A stretch of 64,000 bases of DNA from Callorhinchus milii (taxonomy: Eukaryota). The stretch's first letter is position 1, and each line of letters starts with the position of its first letter. Below are positions 63,519 to 64,000 of the stretch, in pieces. The notes below the pieces were generated by a model. It saw nothing but the letters and a program-made list of their open reading frames with translations. It was not told the origin of the DNA and made no database searches. Location of the stretch: contig NW_024704746.1 in NCBI RefSeq assembly GCF_018977255.1, positions 22,134,001 through 22,198,000 of the forward strand. Reading direction: 5' to 3'. The translations under genes and the position numbers were made by a program.

Positions 63519-64000
63519 CTCCTGGGGAAAGCTCTGTATAGAAGGACTAGACTCCCTGATCCTCAATTCAGTTTCGCAGAAAAACTCCCTTATTCTTCCG
63601 TCCTCAGTATGTAACCCGGCCTGCTTCCGCGGACAACTCTCCCTCATCCCCACCCTGCAGCACAGACGTCAGTGTAGCCATGGAGTCGGGCGCCTGTTCA
63701 TCTCAGTTTGCACCTATCTCAATATCCTCCCAATGGGAACTGGCATTCACACGATTGTAAGTAGAGTGAGAAGGTGGAAGGAAATTGCTCCTTTCAGGGA
63801 TATGCTTTACACTTTAAATACCTACCATGTGTCCTCGACTGCAGTTTCGGTCTCTTTAATGGATACCACCAAACTGAATGTTAAGATGAAAATGATTAAA
63901 CAATGTGTAATGTTTCAGTCTATTATCCATCTGTGGTACATTTCCAGAGCGCCTGTTTTTAACCGCAGAAAATGATTCATGACCTAAGACTGACTGACTG

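Larger units (their letters stand above)
56573..64000 (+). other. PIK3R3 intron 1 (5' part, continues beyond the window)
   Basis: Starts at the GT donor; no ALPPKPPK/nSH2-coding exon found before the window end. Confidence 0.8.

Noticed and set aside
1703-63975. Recurring peptides in many ORFs ([49 protein letters not shown])
   Set aside because: They are translations of the SINE core and tail in different frames, not a protein family.

Overview
Vertebrate genomic DNA, most likely a cartilaginous fish; the repeat families suggest a chimaera/elephant-shark-like genome, but that is inference. It is not prokaryotic. The only protein-coding sequence I can support is the first coding exon of PIK3R3 (p55gamma PI3K regulatory subunit) at 56467-56572 (+). 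It is preceded by a gapped, GA/CT-rich promoter/5' leader containing short uORFs and followed by at least 7.4 kb of intron 1. The ~53 kb upstream is non-coding. It holds roughly 40 copies or fragments of tRNA-headed, L2-tailed DeuSINE-type SINEs (two head types), plus L2, CR1 and Tx1 LINE remnants, LF-SINE-like fragments, micro/minisatellites and an unclassified hairpin-rich repeat in three copies. Almost all ORFs in the supplied track are spurious. Most notable oddities: two independent templated insertions of nearby DNA into SINE tails, a SINE-derived structure with terminal inverted repeats, a long-range inverted repeat in PIK3R3 intron 1, and the uORF cluster. I see no evidence of a new multi-gene system. 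Repeat boundaries are read by eye and approximate (about +/-20 bp).
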